64,000 bases of DNA, from the NCBI GenBank assembly GCA_038249465.1, contig JBBRWD010000020.1:10191-74190 (forward strand), in the 5' to 3' direction. Positions 35,609 to 43,771 of this stretch are shown in pieces. The translations under genes and the position numbers were made by a program. Origin of the DNA: Limisphaerales bacterium (GTDB lineage Bacteria > Verrucomicrobiota > Verrucomicrobiia > Limisphaerales > JBBRWD01). Numbering within the stretch: position 1 is the stretch's first letter; each line of letters opens with the position of its first letter. Below the pieces are notes generated by a model. That model worked only from the letters and a program-made list of their open reading frames with translations. It had not been told where the DNA came from and searched no databases.

Positions 35609-37054
35609 GTGAAAATCTGGACAACGTCATTCTCGGTCGCGACGCGCTTTGGTGTGGTCGCCATCCTGTTGGTTTTCATTTCTGCCAATGCGCGTGCCGC
35701 CGAATGGTGGCCGCGCTTTCGCGGGCCGGATGGTTCGGGCGTGGCCGCGACCGGCAGCTTCCCGACCCATTTCGGTCCGCACTCGAATCTCCTCTGGAAA
35801 GTTCCCGTGCCGCCGGGTGGTTCGTCGCCGTGCATCTGGCAATCCAACCTGTTCCTGAACGCATTCAATGACGGCAAACTGGAAACGCTCTGCTTCGACC
35901 GCGCAGACGGGCGCCTGCGCTGGAAGCAAATGCTCGACCCTGGGAAGATCGAGCGCGGCGCGCGACTCGGCACGCCGGCGGACTCGACGCCCTGCACCGA
36001 TGGCCAGCGGCTTTACGCCTATTTCGCGCCGTTCGGACTCGTTTGCTACGACTTCGCCAGCAAGGAACTCTGGCGGCATCCCCTGCCCACTCCCGTCACC
36101 CAGCACGGCGCGGCTACCTCACCGGTCGTCGCGGATGGCCGCGTGATTCTGGCGTGCGATCAAGACGTCGGCTCGTTCCTGCTCGCGGTGGATGCCCGCA
36201 ACGGCCGGCAATTCTGGCGCACCGAACGCGCGGGATACCGTCGCGGTTTCTCCACGCCGCTATTGTGGCCGCCGGAGAAGCCCGAGGTCGCCGTGTTGCC
36301 GGGCACGCTTCGATTGACCGCCTACTCATTGATTGACGGCGCGGAGCGCTGGGTCGTGGCGGGATTGCCCAACGAAATGGTGTCGTCGCCGGCCTTTGGC
36401 GACGGCTTGATCTATGTGGCCGGTTGGACCCCCGGAGCGGGCGTGAGCCGGTTGCCGCAATACGATGAATTGCTCGAGCAGGGTGACAAGAACAAGGACG
36501 CAATATTGCAGCGCGAGGAAGCTCCCGAAGGTCCGGCGCGCAATCATTTTCCCTACATCGACGCCGACAAGGACGGGACAGTGACGCGCGCGGAATGGGA
36601 GTCGCTCGCGAAAATTTTCGAGCAGTCCAGAAATGCTCTGCTCGCCGTGCGACCCGGCGGTTCGGGAGACGTGACCGCATCGCACACCGCATGGACGCAG
36701 GCGCGAGGTCTGCCTTATGTGCCCTCCCCGCTGTGTTTCGATGGGCGAGTGTATCTGGTGAAGAACGGCGGGATGCTCTCGTGCTTTGAGACCCGCACCG
36801 GGCACACGTTGTTCCTCGAAGAACGGCTGGGCGCCATTGGTGATTACTACGCGTCACCCGTGGCGGCAGGAGGGCAGGTGTGTATGATCAGCCAGCAGGG
36901 CGTGGCAGTGGTAGTTCGGGCGGGCGACACGCTGGAGGTTCTCGCGCGGAATCCGCTCGGCGAACAGGCGCTGGCCACGCCAGCCATCGTCGGGAATCGG
37001 CTCTATGTGCGGACGGTGAAGAATCTGTTCGCGTTTGGCATTGGCGTTCCGTAG
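35609..37054 (+). CDS. secreted PQQ-like beta-propeller repeat protein with EF-hand-like insert
   Basis: GTG start and signal (VVAILLVFISANARA). AEWWPRFRGPDGSG and repeated W..-type blades. DKNKDAILQREE and DADKDGTVTRAEWE are EF-hand-like loops. The TAG stop lies inside the GTAG head of repeat R1. Confidence 0.8.
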   Translation: MKIWTTSFSVATRFGVVAILLVFISANARAAEWWPRFRGPDGSGVAATGSFPTHFGPHSNLLWKVPVPPGGSSPCIWQSNLFLNAFNDGKLETLCFDRADGRLRWKQMLDPGKIERGARLGTPADSTPCTDGQRLYAYFAPFGLVCYDFASKELWRHPLPTPVTQHGAATSPVVADGRVILACDQDVGSFLLAVDARNGRQFWRTERAGYRRGFSTPLLWPPEKPEVAVLPGTLRLTAYSLIDGAERWVVAGLPNEMVSSPAFGDGLIYVAGWTPGAGVSRLPQYDELLEQGDKNKDAILQREEAPEGPARNHFPYIDADKDGTVTRAEWESLAKIFEQSRNALLAVRPGGSGDVTASHTAWTQARGLPYVPSPLCFDGRVYLVKNGGMLSCFETRTGHTLFLEERLGAIGDYYASPVAAGGQVCMISQQGVAVVVRAGDTLEVLARNPLGEQALATPAIVGNRLYVRTVKNLFAFGIGVP

Positions 37055-37123
37055 CGGCGTTTCGGGAGAACGCCGCCGTCATGACCGCCAGAAGTTGGCG
37101 GCGCTCTGCCGAGACGCCGCTAC
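37051..37123. repeat. REPIN-like inverted REP doublet, family R1
   Basis: Arms gtagcggcgtttcgggagaacgccgc (37051..37076) and gcggcgctctgccgagacgccgctac (37098..37123), with a 21-nt spacer. Confidence 0.8.
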
Positions 37124-37181
37124 GCCGGGATTCAGGGAGATTGATTTTTGACATTAATGGGCGCAAGGGCAGACTCGGGCC

Positions 37182-38918
37182 ATGAACTCCAAAGCATGTC
37201 TGCCCTCCCTGGTGGTCACCGCCCTTCTCGCCGTAGTTCCGCTCGCGCCAGCAGCCGATGAGTTTTCAGTCACGCCGGATTCCAAACCGCAGGATGGAGT
37301 GCCGAAGGGCGAGGTAATCCAGTCGGTGTTCAAGGGCAGCAAAATCTTCCCGGGCACCGAGCGCGATTACTGGGTCTATGTGCCGAAGCAACTGGATACC
37401 ACCAAGCCCGCGCCGGTGATGGTCTTTCAGGATGGCCTGGCATACAACGCGCCGGTCGTCTTCGACAATTTGATCGCGCGGAAGGAGATTCCGGCGCTGG
37501 TGGGCGTGTTCGTGCGACCGGGCGTGGTGCCGGCGACGTCGTCGAATGCGCTGCCGCGCTTCAACCGCAGCTTCGAGTACGATGGATTGGGCGAAGGCTA
37601 CGCGCGCTTTCTGGTCGAGGAACTGCTCCCGCATGTGGTCGCGACGCATCACCTGAATCTCAGCACCAACGGCAACGACCGCGCCATCGCGGGCAACAGC
37701 TCCGGGGCCATCGCGGCCTTCACGGCGGCGTGGGAACGACCGGATGATTTTCGCCGCGTGTTCAGCGCCATCGGCACCTATGTGAATCTGCGCGGCGGGA
37801 ATGATTATCCGTCGCTCATTCGCAAGACCGAGCCAAAGCCCATGCGCGTCTTTCTGCAGGACGGCACCAACGACCTGAACATCTACGGGGGCAGTTGGTG
37901 GATCGCGAATCAGGACATGCTGAGCGCGCTCCAGTTTGCGGGCTACGACGTGACCAACGCGTGGGGCGGCGGCGGGCACGACGGCAAGCACGCCACGGCG
38001 ATTTTTCCAGACGCGCTTCGCTGGCTGTGGCGCGATTACCCGTCGCCGATCGTCGCCAATCCGGCTCAAAAGTCGAGACAGCCGCTGATGGAGATCCTCA
38101 TTCCCGGTGAAGACTGGCAACTCGTGAGCGCCGGACACCGCTTCACCGAAGGCCCGGCTGTGAATACGCGAGGCGAGGTCTTCTTCACCGACATCCCGAA
38201 CAATCGCATTCACAAGATTGGCCTCGACGGCAAGGTGACGGTCTTTGCCGAGAACACGGGCGGCGCCAATGGATTGATGTTCGGCTCCGACGGTCGGCTC
38301 TACGCCTGCGCCAATGAGAAGAAACAAATCGTGGCCTACGATGAGCAGGGGAATGCGCAGACCGTAGTGGAAGGCGCGCCCTCGAATGACTTGGTGGCAT
38401 TACCGTCGAGCGGTTACTTTACCGATCCCGGCAACAAGCGTGTCTGGCACGTCAACTCCGCGCTGGAGAGGTCCGTGGTCGATGCCGGCATCGAGTCGCC
38501 GAATGGAGTCATCACGTCGCCGGATCAAAGCCTGCTCTACGTCGCCGATACGCGCGGTCGCTTCGTCTATTCGTTTCAGATTCAGCCGGACGGCACGCTC
38601 GCCCACAAACAACGGTTCTTCTATCTGCATGTCCCAGACACCGCTAACGACAGCGGCGCCGATGGGATGACGGTGGACACGCTCGGGCGCCTCTACGTGA
38701 CCACCCGCCTGGGAGTTCAGGTATGCGATCAGGCGGGACGCGTGCAGGGAATCATCGCCAAGCCGCAGAATGGCTGGCTGGCCAACGTGTGCTTTGGCGG
38801 ACCGGCTTTTGACGAGCTGTATGCCACCTGCGGCGACAAGGTCTTCAAGCGCCAGACCAGGGCGCGCGGCGTGCTTCCATTTGAGGCCCCCATCAAGCCA
38901 CCGGTGCCGAGGCTGTGA
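37182..38918 (+). CDS. secreted fusion: esterase (alpha/beta hydrolase, enterochelin-esterase-like) + SMP-30/gluconolactonase/LRE-like beta-propeller
   Basis: Signal peptide. FPGTERDYWVYVP and the GNSSGA nucleophile elbow are in the N-terminal half. RFTEGPAVNTRGEVFFTDIPNNRIHKI and GANGLMFGSDGRLYAC are in the C-terminal half. Confidence 0.8.
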   Translation: MNSKACLPSLVVTALLAVVPLAPAADEFSVTPDSKPQDGVPKGEVIQSVFKGSKIFPGTERDYWVYVPKQLDTTKPAPVMVFQDGLAYNAPVVFDNLIARKEIPALVGVFVRPGVVPATSSNALPRFNRSFEYDGLGEGYARFLVEELLPHVVATHHLNLSTNGNDRAIAGNSSGAIAAFTAAWERPDDFRRVFSAIGTYVNLRGGNDYPSLIRKTEPKPMRVFLQDGTNDLNIYGGSWWIANQDMLSALQFAGYDVTNAWGGGGHDGKHATAIFPDALRWLWRDYPSPIVANPAQKSRQPLMEILIPGEDWQLVSAGHRFTEGPAVNTRGEVFFTDIPNNRIHKIGLDGKVTVFAENTGGANGLMFGSDGRLYACANEKKQIVAYDEQGNAQTVVEGAPSNDLVALPSSGYFTDPGNKRVWHVNSALERSVVDAGIESPNGVITSPDQSLLYVADTRGRFVYSFQIQPDGTLAHKQRFFYLHVPDTANDSGADGMTVDTLGRLYVTTRLGVQVCDQAGRVQGIIAKPQNGWLANVCFGGPAFDELYATCGDKVFKRQTRARGVLPFEAPIKPPVPRL

Positions 38919-39035
38919 TGTCGGCCAGGTTCAGGCGCGTCGTCTTTGAAATGGCAGTTGAGTGGTTCAGCATTTTCCTCCTGCGCCTTGATCCCTCCGC
39001 TTGCCTTTAAGCCGGCCTGTCTTAATCTGTCTTAC

Positions 39036-39254
39036 ATGAGAGCGACCTTGACGATCAGCCTGCCTCCGATGCTGCGCCGTGAGGTTTCCCGCGCCGCCAG
39101 GAGCCAGCACATGAGCGAGAGTGAATTTGTCCGCAAGGCGGTGCAACGCCAGCTCTGGATGGAGGCTTTTGAAGCGACGCGCCGGAAAGCGGTCCCGCAG
39201 GCGCGCGCCAGGGGCATCTACACCGACGAGGACGTGTTCAAACTCATTTCGTGA
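39036..39254 (+). CDS. ribbon-helix-helix (CopG-like) antitoxin
   Basis: ORF 38946..39254 trimmed to MRATLTISLPPMLRREVSRAARSQHMSESEFVRKAV, an RHH pattern (beta strand then two helices). It overlaps the PIN gene start by 4 nt (GTGA). Confidence 0.7.
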   Translation: MRATLTISLPPMLRREVSRAARSQHMSESEFVRKAVQRQLWMEAFEATRRKAVPQARARGIYTDEDVFKLIS

Positions 39255-39658
39255 GAATCGTCGTTGACACGAATGTCATCGTCGCCGGACTGGTGGCGGA
39301 TGGTGTCTGCCGCGACATCATCAAGCGGCGTCTGCCGGCCTGCGAGTTGTTCACCTCGCAACCCTTGCTGGAAGAACTGGCGGACAAGATGCGCGACAAA
39401 TTCGGACTCGATCCCGGCAAATTGCCGCTGCTGAAAATTTACCGGGAAACCGCCACGGTGGTGAAATCCAGACGGCTTCCGAAGCCCGTGTGCCGGGACG
39501 CGGACGATGAGGAAGTGCTGGCGGTCGCCCTCGCCTGCGACGCCGAAATCATTCTGACCGGTGACAAGGATTTGTTGGTGCTTGAAGCGTTTCAGGGAAT
39601 CAAGATCTTCTCGCCTCGTCAGTTCGTGGAGTGGATGGACCACGCTTCCACCTCGTAG
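39251..39658 (+). CDS. PIN-domain toxin (VapC-like)
   Basis: RIVVDTNVIVAGL carries the first acidic residue. EELADK, DDEEVLAVA and ILTGDKDLL supply the remaining acidic positions. GTG start. Confidence 0.85.
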   Translation: MRIVVDTNVIVAGLVADGVCRDIIKRRLPACELFTSQPLLEELADKMRDKFGLDPGKLPLLKIYRETATVVKSRRLPKPVCRDADDEEVLAVALACDAEIILTGDKDLLVLEAFQGIKIFSPRQFVEWMDHASTS

Positions 39659-39731
39659 CAGCCGAAACACCGGATCGTTCTTGTGCTTTGTTCCCTGTCC
39701 GATTTTCGCGTCGGCGGCTACTATTCGGTGA

Positions 39732-41369
39732 GTGAACCACCAGACAGACTCACAACTGCTGCGCGCCTACGCGGAACAATGCTCCGAAGCCGCGTTCGCC
39801 GAACTGGTGCGCCGCCATGTGGATTTCGTTTATTCGGCCGCGCGACGCATGGTGGGTGATTCGCACCTCGCCGAGGACGTGACCCAGGGTGTGTTCCTCG
39901 CGCTTGCGAAGAACCCCGGACGGCTCACGGACCGCCTGGTTCTGTCGGGCTGGTTGCATCGCACCGCGCAGAACATCGCCGCCCAAACCGTCCGTACCGA
40001 TGTCCGGCGTCGAGCCCGCGAACAGGAGGCCGCTGCCATGAATGAACTTCTCTCCGCCGGAACTGACGCTTCATGGGAGCAAATCGCCCCGCATCTCGAC
40101 GCTGCGCTGGGTGAATTGACCGACACGGATCGCGACGCTGTTTTGCTGCGCTACTTCGAGCACAAGTCCGCGCGCGAAATGGCGCAAGCTCTCGGCGTCA
40201 GCGAAGACGCGGCGCAAAAGCGTGTCAGCCGCGCCGTCGAACGCCTGCGTGAATTCTTCGTCAAACGCGGCGTCACCGTCGGCGCGAGCGGACTCGTCGT
40301 GATCATCTCCACCAATGCCGTCCAGGCGGCGCCGGAAGGCCTGGCAGCAACGCTCACGGGCGCATCGTTACTGGGCATCGCCAAAGGAACTGGGACCACT
40401 TTCAGTGTTTTGAAACTTATGGCCATGACCAAATTAAAAATCGGCGCCATCAGCGCTATCGTCGCTGCGGCTGTAGTGGCGCCTCTCGTGACCAAGCATA
40501 TCACTGGCGAGCCATCTTACGGCGGCAAGACCGTGACTGCATGGCTGGAGAGGCTGAAGCTTTACAGTTGGGAGAAGCTCCCAGACGGCGGAACTCAGAT
40601 GGTGAGGCGATCTCCCGAGACCATTGCGGCAGACCCCGCGGTGCGCGCACTGCTAGCCATTGGGCCTCGTGCTGTGCCAGTCTTGATGAAGCGGATTGCC
40701 GAACCGGGAGAAATCCCTCAGACAATGCCACCAGCGGCTCGATGGAATGTTTGGCTGCGATGGAAGTTGCTTAGGGAGCCGGGTCCGTCCGGGAGTTGGT
40801 CTTTTGCTCAAATGGACCGCAAGCACGCAGCCGGCTTTGCTTTGCTGGCGTTGGGTGCCAAGTCCCACGGTGGCTTTTCACGTTTCCTGGAGGCTTACGC
40901 AGCCGCGCCGCAGTTTACTTCCATCGTCGGAGGGCGACTCAGCGGAATGCCGGTTGGGGTTGCAACTTCTTCAGTTGTCCAGTCCGCAACTGACGCGTTC
41001 CCACAACTTCGGTCGGAAATCGTGGTAGAGGCAATGGCCGCTCTCGATCACACCAACGCCATCTATCGCCAGTCGGCTCTTGAGGCTGCGCGCGTGTTTC
41101 CCGAAGAGCTATTAAAGCGAAGGGAACTCTTGTTGAAGCTAACGCTGGACGATGGCGAGCTTGTGAAGGCAACAGCGCTTGGAAATCTGTTGATGATCGT
41201 GCAAACGACAAATTTGCATGGATTAATGTCGCCCGCCGAGGTTCAAAAGGCTGCTGAGGCGGTTCTGGAAGCTCCAAGCACATCAGAGCGGAACAGAGAC
41301 TTGGCTCAAACCGTGATTCATGTCGCCAAAAAGCAGGTGATGAAGCCAATTCCATCACCGGTTCCTTAG
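39732..41369 (+). CDS. ECF-type sigma-70 family factor fused to TM segments and a HEAT-like C-terminal domain
   Basis: Region 2 (FAELVRRHVDFVYSAARRMVGDSHLAEDVTQGVFLAL) and region 4 (DRDAVLLRYFEHKSAREMAQALGVSEDAAQKRVSRAVERLR). Then hydrophobic segments (GLVVIISTNAV, IGAISAIVAAAVVAPLV) and HEAT-like AVRALLAIGPRAVPVLMKRI. GTG start. Confidence 0.85.
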   Translation: MNHQTDSQLLRAYAEQCSEAAFAELVRRHVDFVYSAARRMVGDSHLAEDVTQGVFLALAKNPGRLTDRLVLSGWLHRTAQNIAAQTVRTDVRRRAREQEAAAMNELLSAGTDASWEQIAPHLDAALGELTDTDRDAVLLRYFEHKSAREMAQALGVSEDAAQKRVSRAVERLREFFVKRGVTVGASGLVVIISTNAVQAAPEGLAATLTGASLLGIAKGTGTTFSVLKLMAMTKLKIGAISAIVAAAVVAPLVTKHITGEPSYGGKTVTAWLERLKLYSWEKLPDGGTQMVRRSPETIAADPAVRALLAIGPRAVPVLMKRIAEPGEIPQTMPPAARWNVWLRWKLLREPGPSGSWSFAQMDRKHAAGFALLALGAKSHGGFSRFLEAYAAAPQFTSIVGGRLSGMPVGVATSSVVQSATDAFPQLRSEIVVEAMAALDHTNAIYRQSALEAARVFPEELLKRRELLLKLTLDDGELVKATALGNLLMIVQTTNLHGLMSPAEVQKAAEAVLEAPSTSERNRDLAQTVIHVAKKQVMKPIPSPVP

Positions 41370-41824
41370 AAGCCATCATACGCCGGTATCGCACTTTGAC
41401 TGCGGCGGTTAGGGTATTGAGCGAAAGACAAAGGTAGCGGGCATAGTGCGGTTTTGAGAGACACTTATTCCCCCGCTCCCATGTTCGTCTTGGCGGTTGG
41501 ATTCGATGGCAGACGTGTCAGCGCCCGCGCCAAGCCGCCAGGCCCACGGAGAGAATTCACTGCAAACCCTCGGCCAACGCCCCGGCGCATCGCGCCATCG
41601 CGCGAACTGTCTCCCGATTTGCTTTGCGTCCTGGCGCCTTGGCGTGAGGCGGCTCCGGCTCTCGGGGTGAATACCCGCGCGGTGAATTCCATCTCTAAAT
41701 GGTCGCTCTGCGATGTTTGGGGTTTGCCAGTGGGTGGTGCAGCGACAAGACTGACTCCACCTGCTTGCTCGCTGACCGGCACGGATGTGCCATCAGCGGA
41801 ACGAAAGCGACTCTCGTTGACTGA

Positions 41825-43030
41825 ATGAAAAACGTTTTAATTTTGATCCTGATCGGTGCCCTCGGCGCTGGCGGCTATTATTTCTACAAGTCCAGGGCGG
41901 CCAGGGAGAAGTCCACCGAGCGCGGCGAAAAGCAGGTGGCCACCACCCGGGTTGAAGCGCGTGACATCGATTTTGCCATCAACGTCGCCGGAGAAATTGC
42001 GCCGGCCGAGCAGGTTTCGGTGAAGCCGGAGATCAACGGGCGCGTTGAGGTGCTGCCGGTGGACATTGGCGACAAGGTCAAGCAGGGGCAGATCCTTTTT
42101 TCCCTCGATGACAAGGAGCTGCAGAATCGCCGCGCCGCCAGCCTGACGGAAGTGGAGCGCGCACAGTTGCAGCTCCAGCAGAGCTTGCGCAACTTCAGAC
42201 GCAGCGAGGAACTACAGCGCGACAAGCTCATCCCGCAGGAGCTTTACGAAACCACCAAGACCGAACTCGAACTCGCCAGCAACTCGGTCGTGCGCGCCCA
42301 GCGCGATCTCGCGGTGGTCGATGAGCAGCTCACCAAGACGGTCATCAAGGCGCCGTTCGATTGCACCGTGCTGACGCGGCCGGTGTCCATCGGCCAGGCC
42401 GTCTCCGGCTCGGGCGGCATGGCCGGCGGCACCGAGGTGCTCAGCATCGCCGACCTCAACCAGATGGTCATCAACTCGCACGTCAATCAGGCGGACGTCA
42501 CGCGGCTCAAGGTGGGCCAGCAGGTCGATGTCGCAGTGGAAGCGGTGGCGGGCTTGAAGATCGCAGCGGTGGTGGATCGGGTCGCGCCGCAGGCGACCAT
42601 TCGCAACAGCATCAAGGGATTCTCCACCCGGATGAACATCAAGAACATTGATCCGCGCATCCAGCCGGGCATGACCGCCAACGTCACCATCCCGGTGGCC
42701 TCGGCCGCCGGCGTCGCGGCGGTGCCGTTGGGCGCGATCTTCTTCGATCAAAACGACCGCTATGTTTATGTCGAAAACGGCGACAAGTTTGAACGCCGCG
42801 ATGTGAAGCTGGGCGTGGCGGATTATTTCTTCGCGGAGATTGTCGCGGGACTTCAGGTGGGCGATGTGGTGGCCATTGAACTGCCGCCTGTTGAGTCCGG
42901 CGGCCCCAGCAAGGACGGCAAAGCCGCGGAGGGGGGCGTCAGAACCGCGGTGCATAGTATCCCGGGTCGCACCAACGGCGTGAGCAGCACCAATGCCCTC
43001 GTCAAGACGCCCGCGCGGAGCGGAACCTGA
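41825..43030 (+). CDS. efflux transporter periplasmic adaptor (HlyD/MacA family)
   Basis: N-terminal TM anchor, a lipoyl/barrel-sandwich segment (GRVEVLPVDIGDKVKQGQILFSLD), a coiled-coil segment, and IKAPFDCTVLTRPVSIGQ. Confidence 0.9.
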   Translation: MKNVLILILIGALGAGGYYFYKSRAAREKSTERGEKQVATTRVEARDIDFAINVAGEIAPAEQVSVKPEINGRVEVLPVDIGDKVKQGQILFSLDDKELQNRRAASLTEVERAQLQLQQSLRNFRRSEELQRDKLIPQELYETTKTELELASNSVVRAQRDLAVVDEQLTKTVIKAPFDCTVLTRPVSIGQAVSGSGGMAGGTEVLSIADLNQMVINSHVNQADVTRLKVGQQVDVAVEAVAGLKIAAVVDRVAPQATIRNSIKGFSTRMNIKNIDPRIQPGMTANVTIPVASAAGVAAVPLGAIFFDQNDRYVYVENGDKFERRDVKLGVADYFFAEIVAGLQVGDVVAIELPPVESGGPSKDGKAAEGGVRTAVHSIPGRTNGVSSTNALVKTPARSGT

Positions 43031-43033
43031 AAG

Positions 43034-43768
43034 GTGCGCATGGCCCTGGTTGAACTCCGCGACATCACGAAAATCTACCGCCTGGGCGACGAGGAGATCC
43101 GCGCCCTGGATGGCATCACGCTCGACATCGAGCCGGGCGAATTCATCTCCATCATCGGACCTTCCGGCAGCGGCAAATCCACCTTGATGCACATCCTTGG
43201 CTGTCTTGACACGCCCACGGGCGGGTCAATGACGCTCGACGGCATCAAGATTCAGGGCGCCTCCGCCCGGCAGCTCGCCGCCGTGCGCAATCAAAAGATC
43301 GGATTCGTCTTCCAGTTCTTCAACCTGCTCCCGCGCCTCAACGTCCTGCAGAATGTCGAGCTTCCGATGATTTACGCGGGAGTCTCGGCGCGGGAACGCC
43401 GTGATCGCGCCCTGGCCGCGCTCAAGATGGTGGAGATGGAGAATCGCGCGCGACACCGGCCGTCCCAACTCTCCGGCGGACAGCAGCAGCGCACCGCCAT
43501 CGCCCGCGCGCTGGTCAACAGTCCACGCCTGGTTTTCGCCGATGAACCGACGGGCAACCTCGATTCCCACACCGGTGAAGTGATTCTCGAACTGTTCCGC
43601 AGGCTCAGCGGCGAGGGGCGCACCATCATTCTCGTCACGCACGATCCCGAAATTGCCGCCGTCACCCCGCGCCGCATCGAAATTCGCGACGGGAAGATTG
43701 CGAAGCATGTCGATGCGAAGCTCGCGGGACTGGATCGTCTGCCGCTGGCGTCGTCTTCTTCCTCCTGA
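43034..43768 (+). CDS. ABC transporter ATP-binding protein (MacB/LolD type)
   Basis: Walker A GPSGSGKST, FVFQFFNLLP, signature LSGGQQQR, Walker B LVFADEPTGNLD. Its start is 3 nt after the adaptor stop. An alternative ATG lies at 43040. Confidence 0.9.
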   Translation: MRMALVELRDITKIYRLGDEEIRALDGITLDIEPGEFISIIGPSGSGKSTLMHILGCLDTPTGGSMTLDGIKIQGASARQLAAVRNQKIGFVFQFFNLLPRLNVLQNVELPMIYAGVSARERRDRALAALKMVEMENRARHRPSQLSGGQQQRTAIARALVNSPRLVFADEPTGNLDSHTGEVILELFRRLSGEGRTIILVTHDPEIAAVTPRRIEIRDGKIAKHVDAKLAGLDRLPLASSSSS

Positions 43769-43771
43769 GCC

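Noticed and set aside
39660-39731. Possible ECF-type promoter (GAAAC ... CGTC) in front of the sigma-factor gene.
   Set aside because: I could not find a -35/-10 pair with the expected 16-17-nt spacing. The matches are 4-5 nt and are expected by chance in this composition.
41370-41824. 455-bp gap upstream of the efflux operon, containing track ORFs 41454..41828 (+) and 41465..41782 (-); examined as a possible hidden gene or ncRNA.
   Set aside because: Both ORFs overlap each other on opposite strands and have Arg/Pro/Ala-rich products without motifs. I found no internal repeat, no strong hairpin, and no match to RNase P, tmRNA or SRP core motifs by eye. The region may contain a repeat family whose other copies lie outside the window, which I cannot test.
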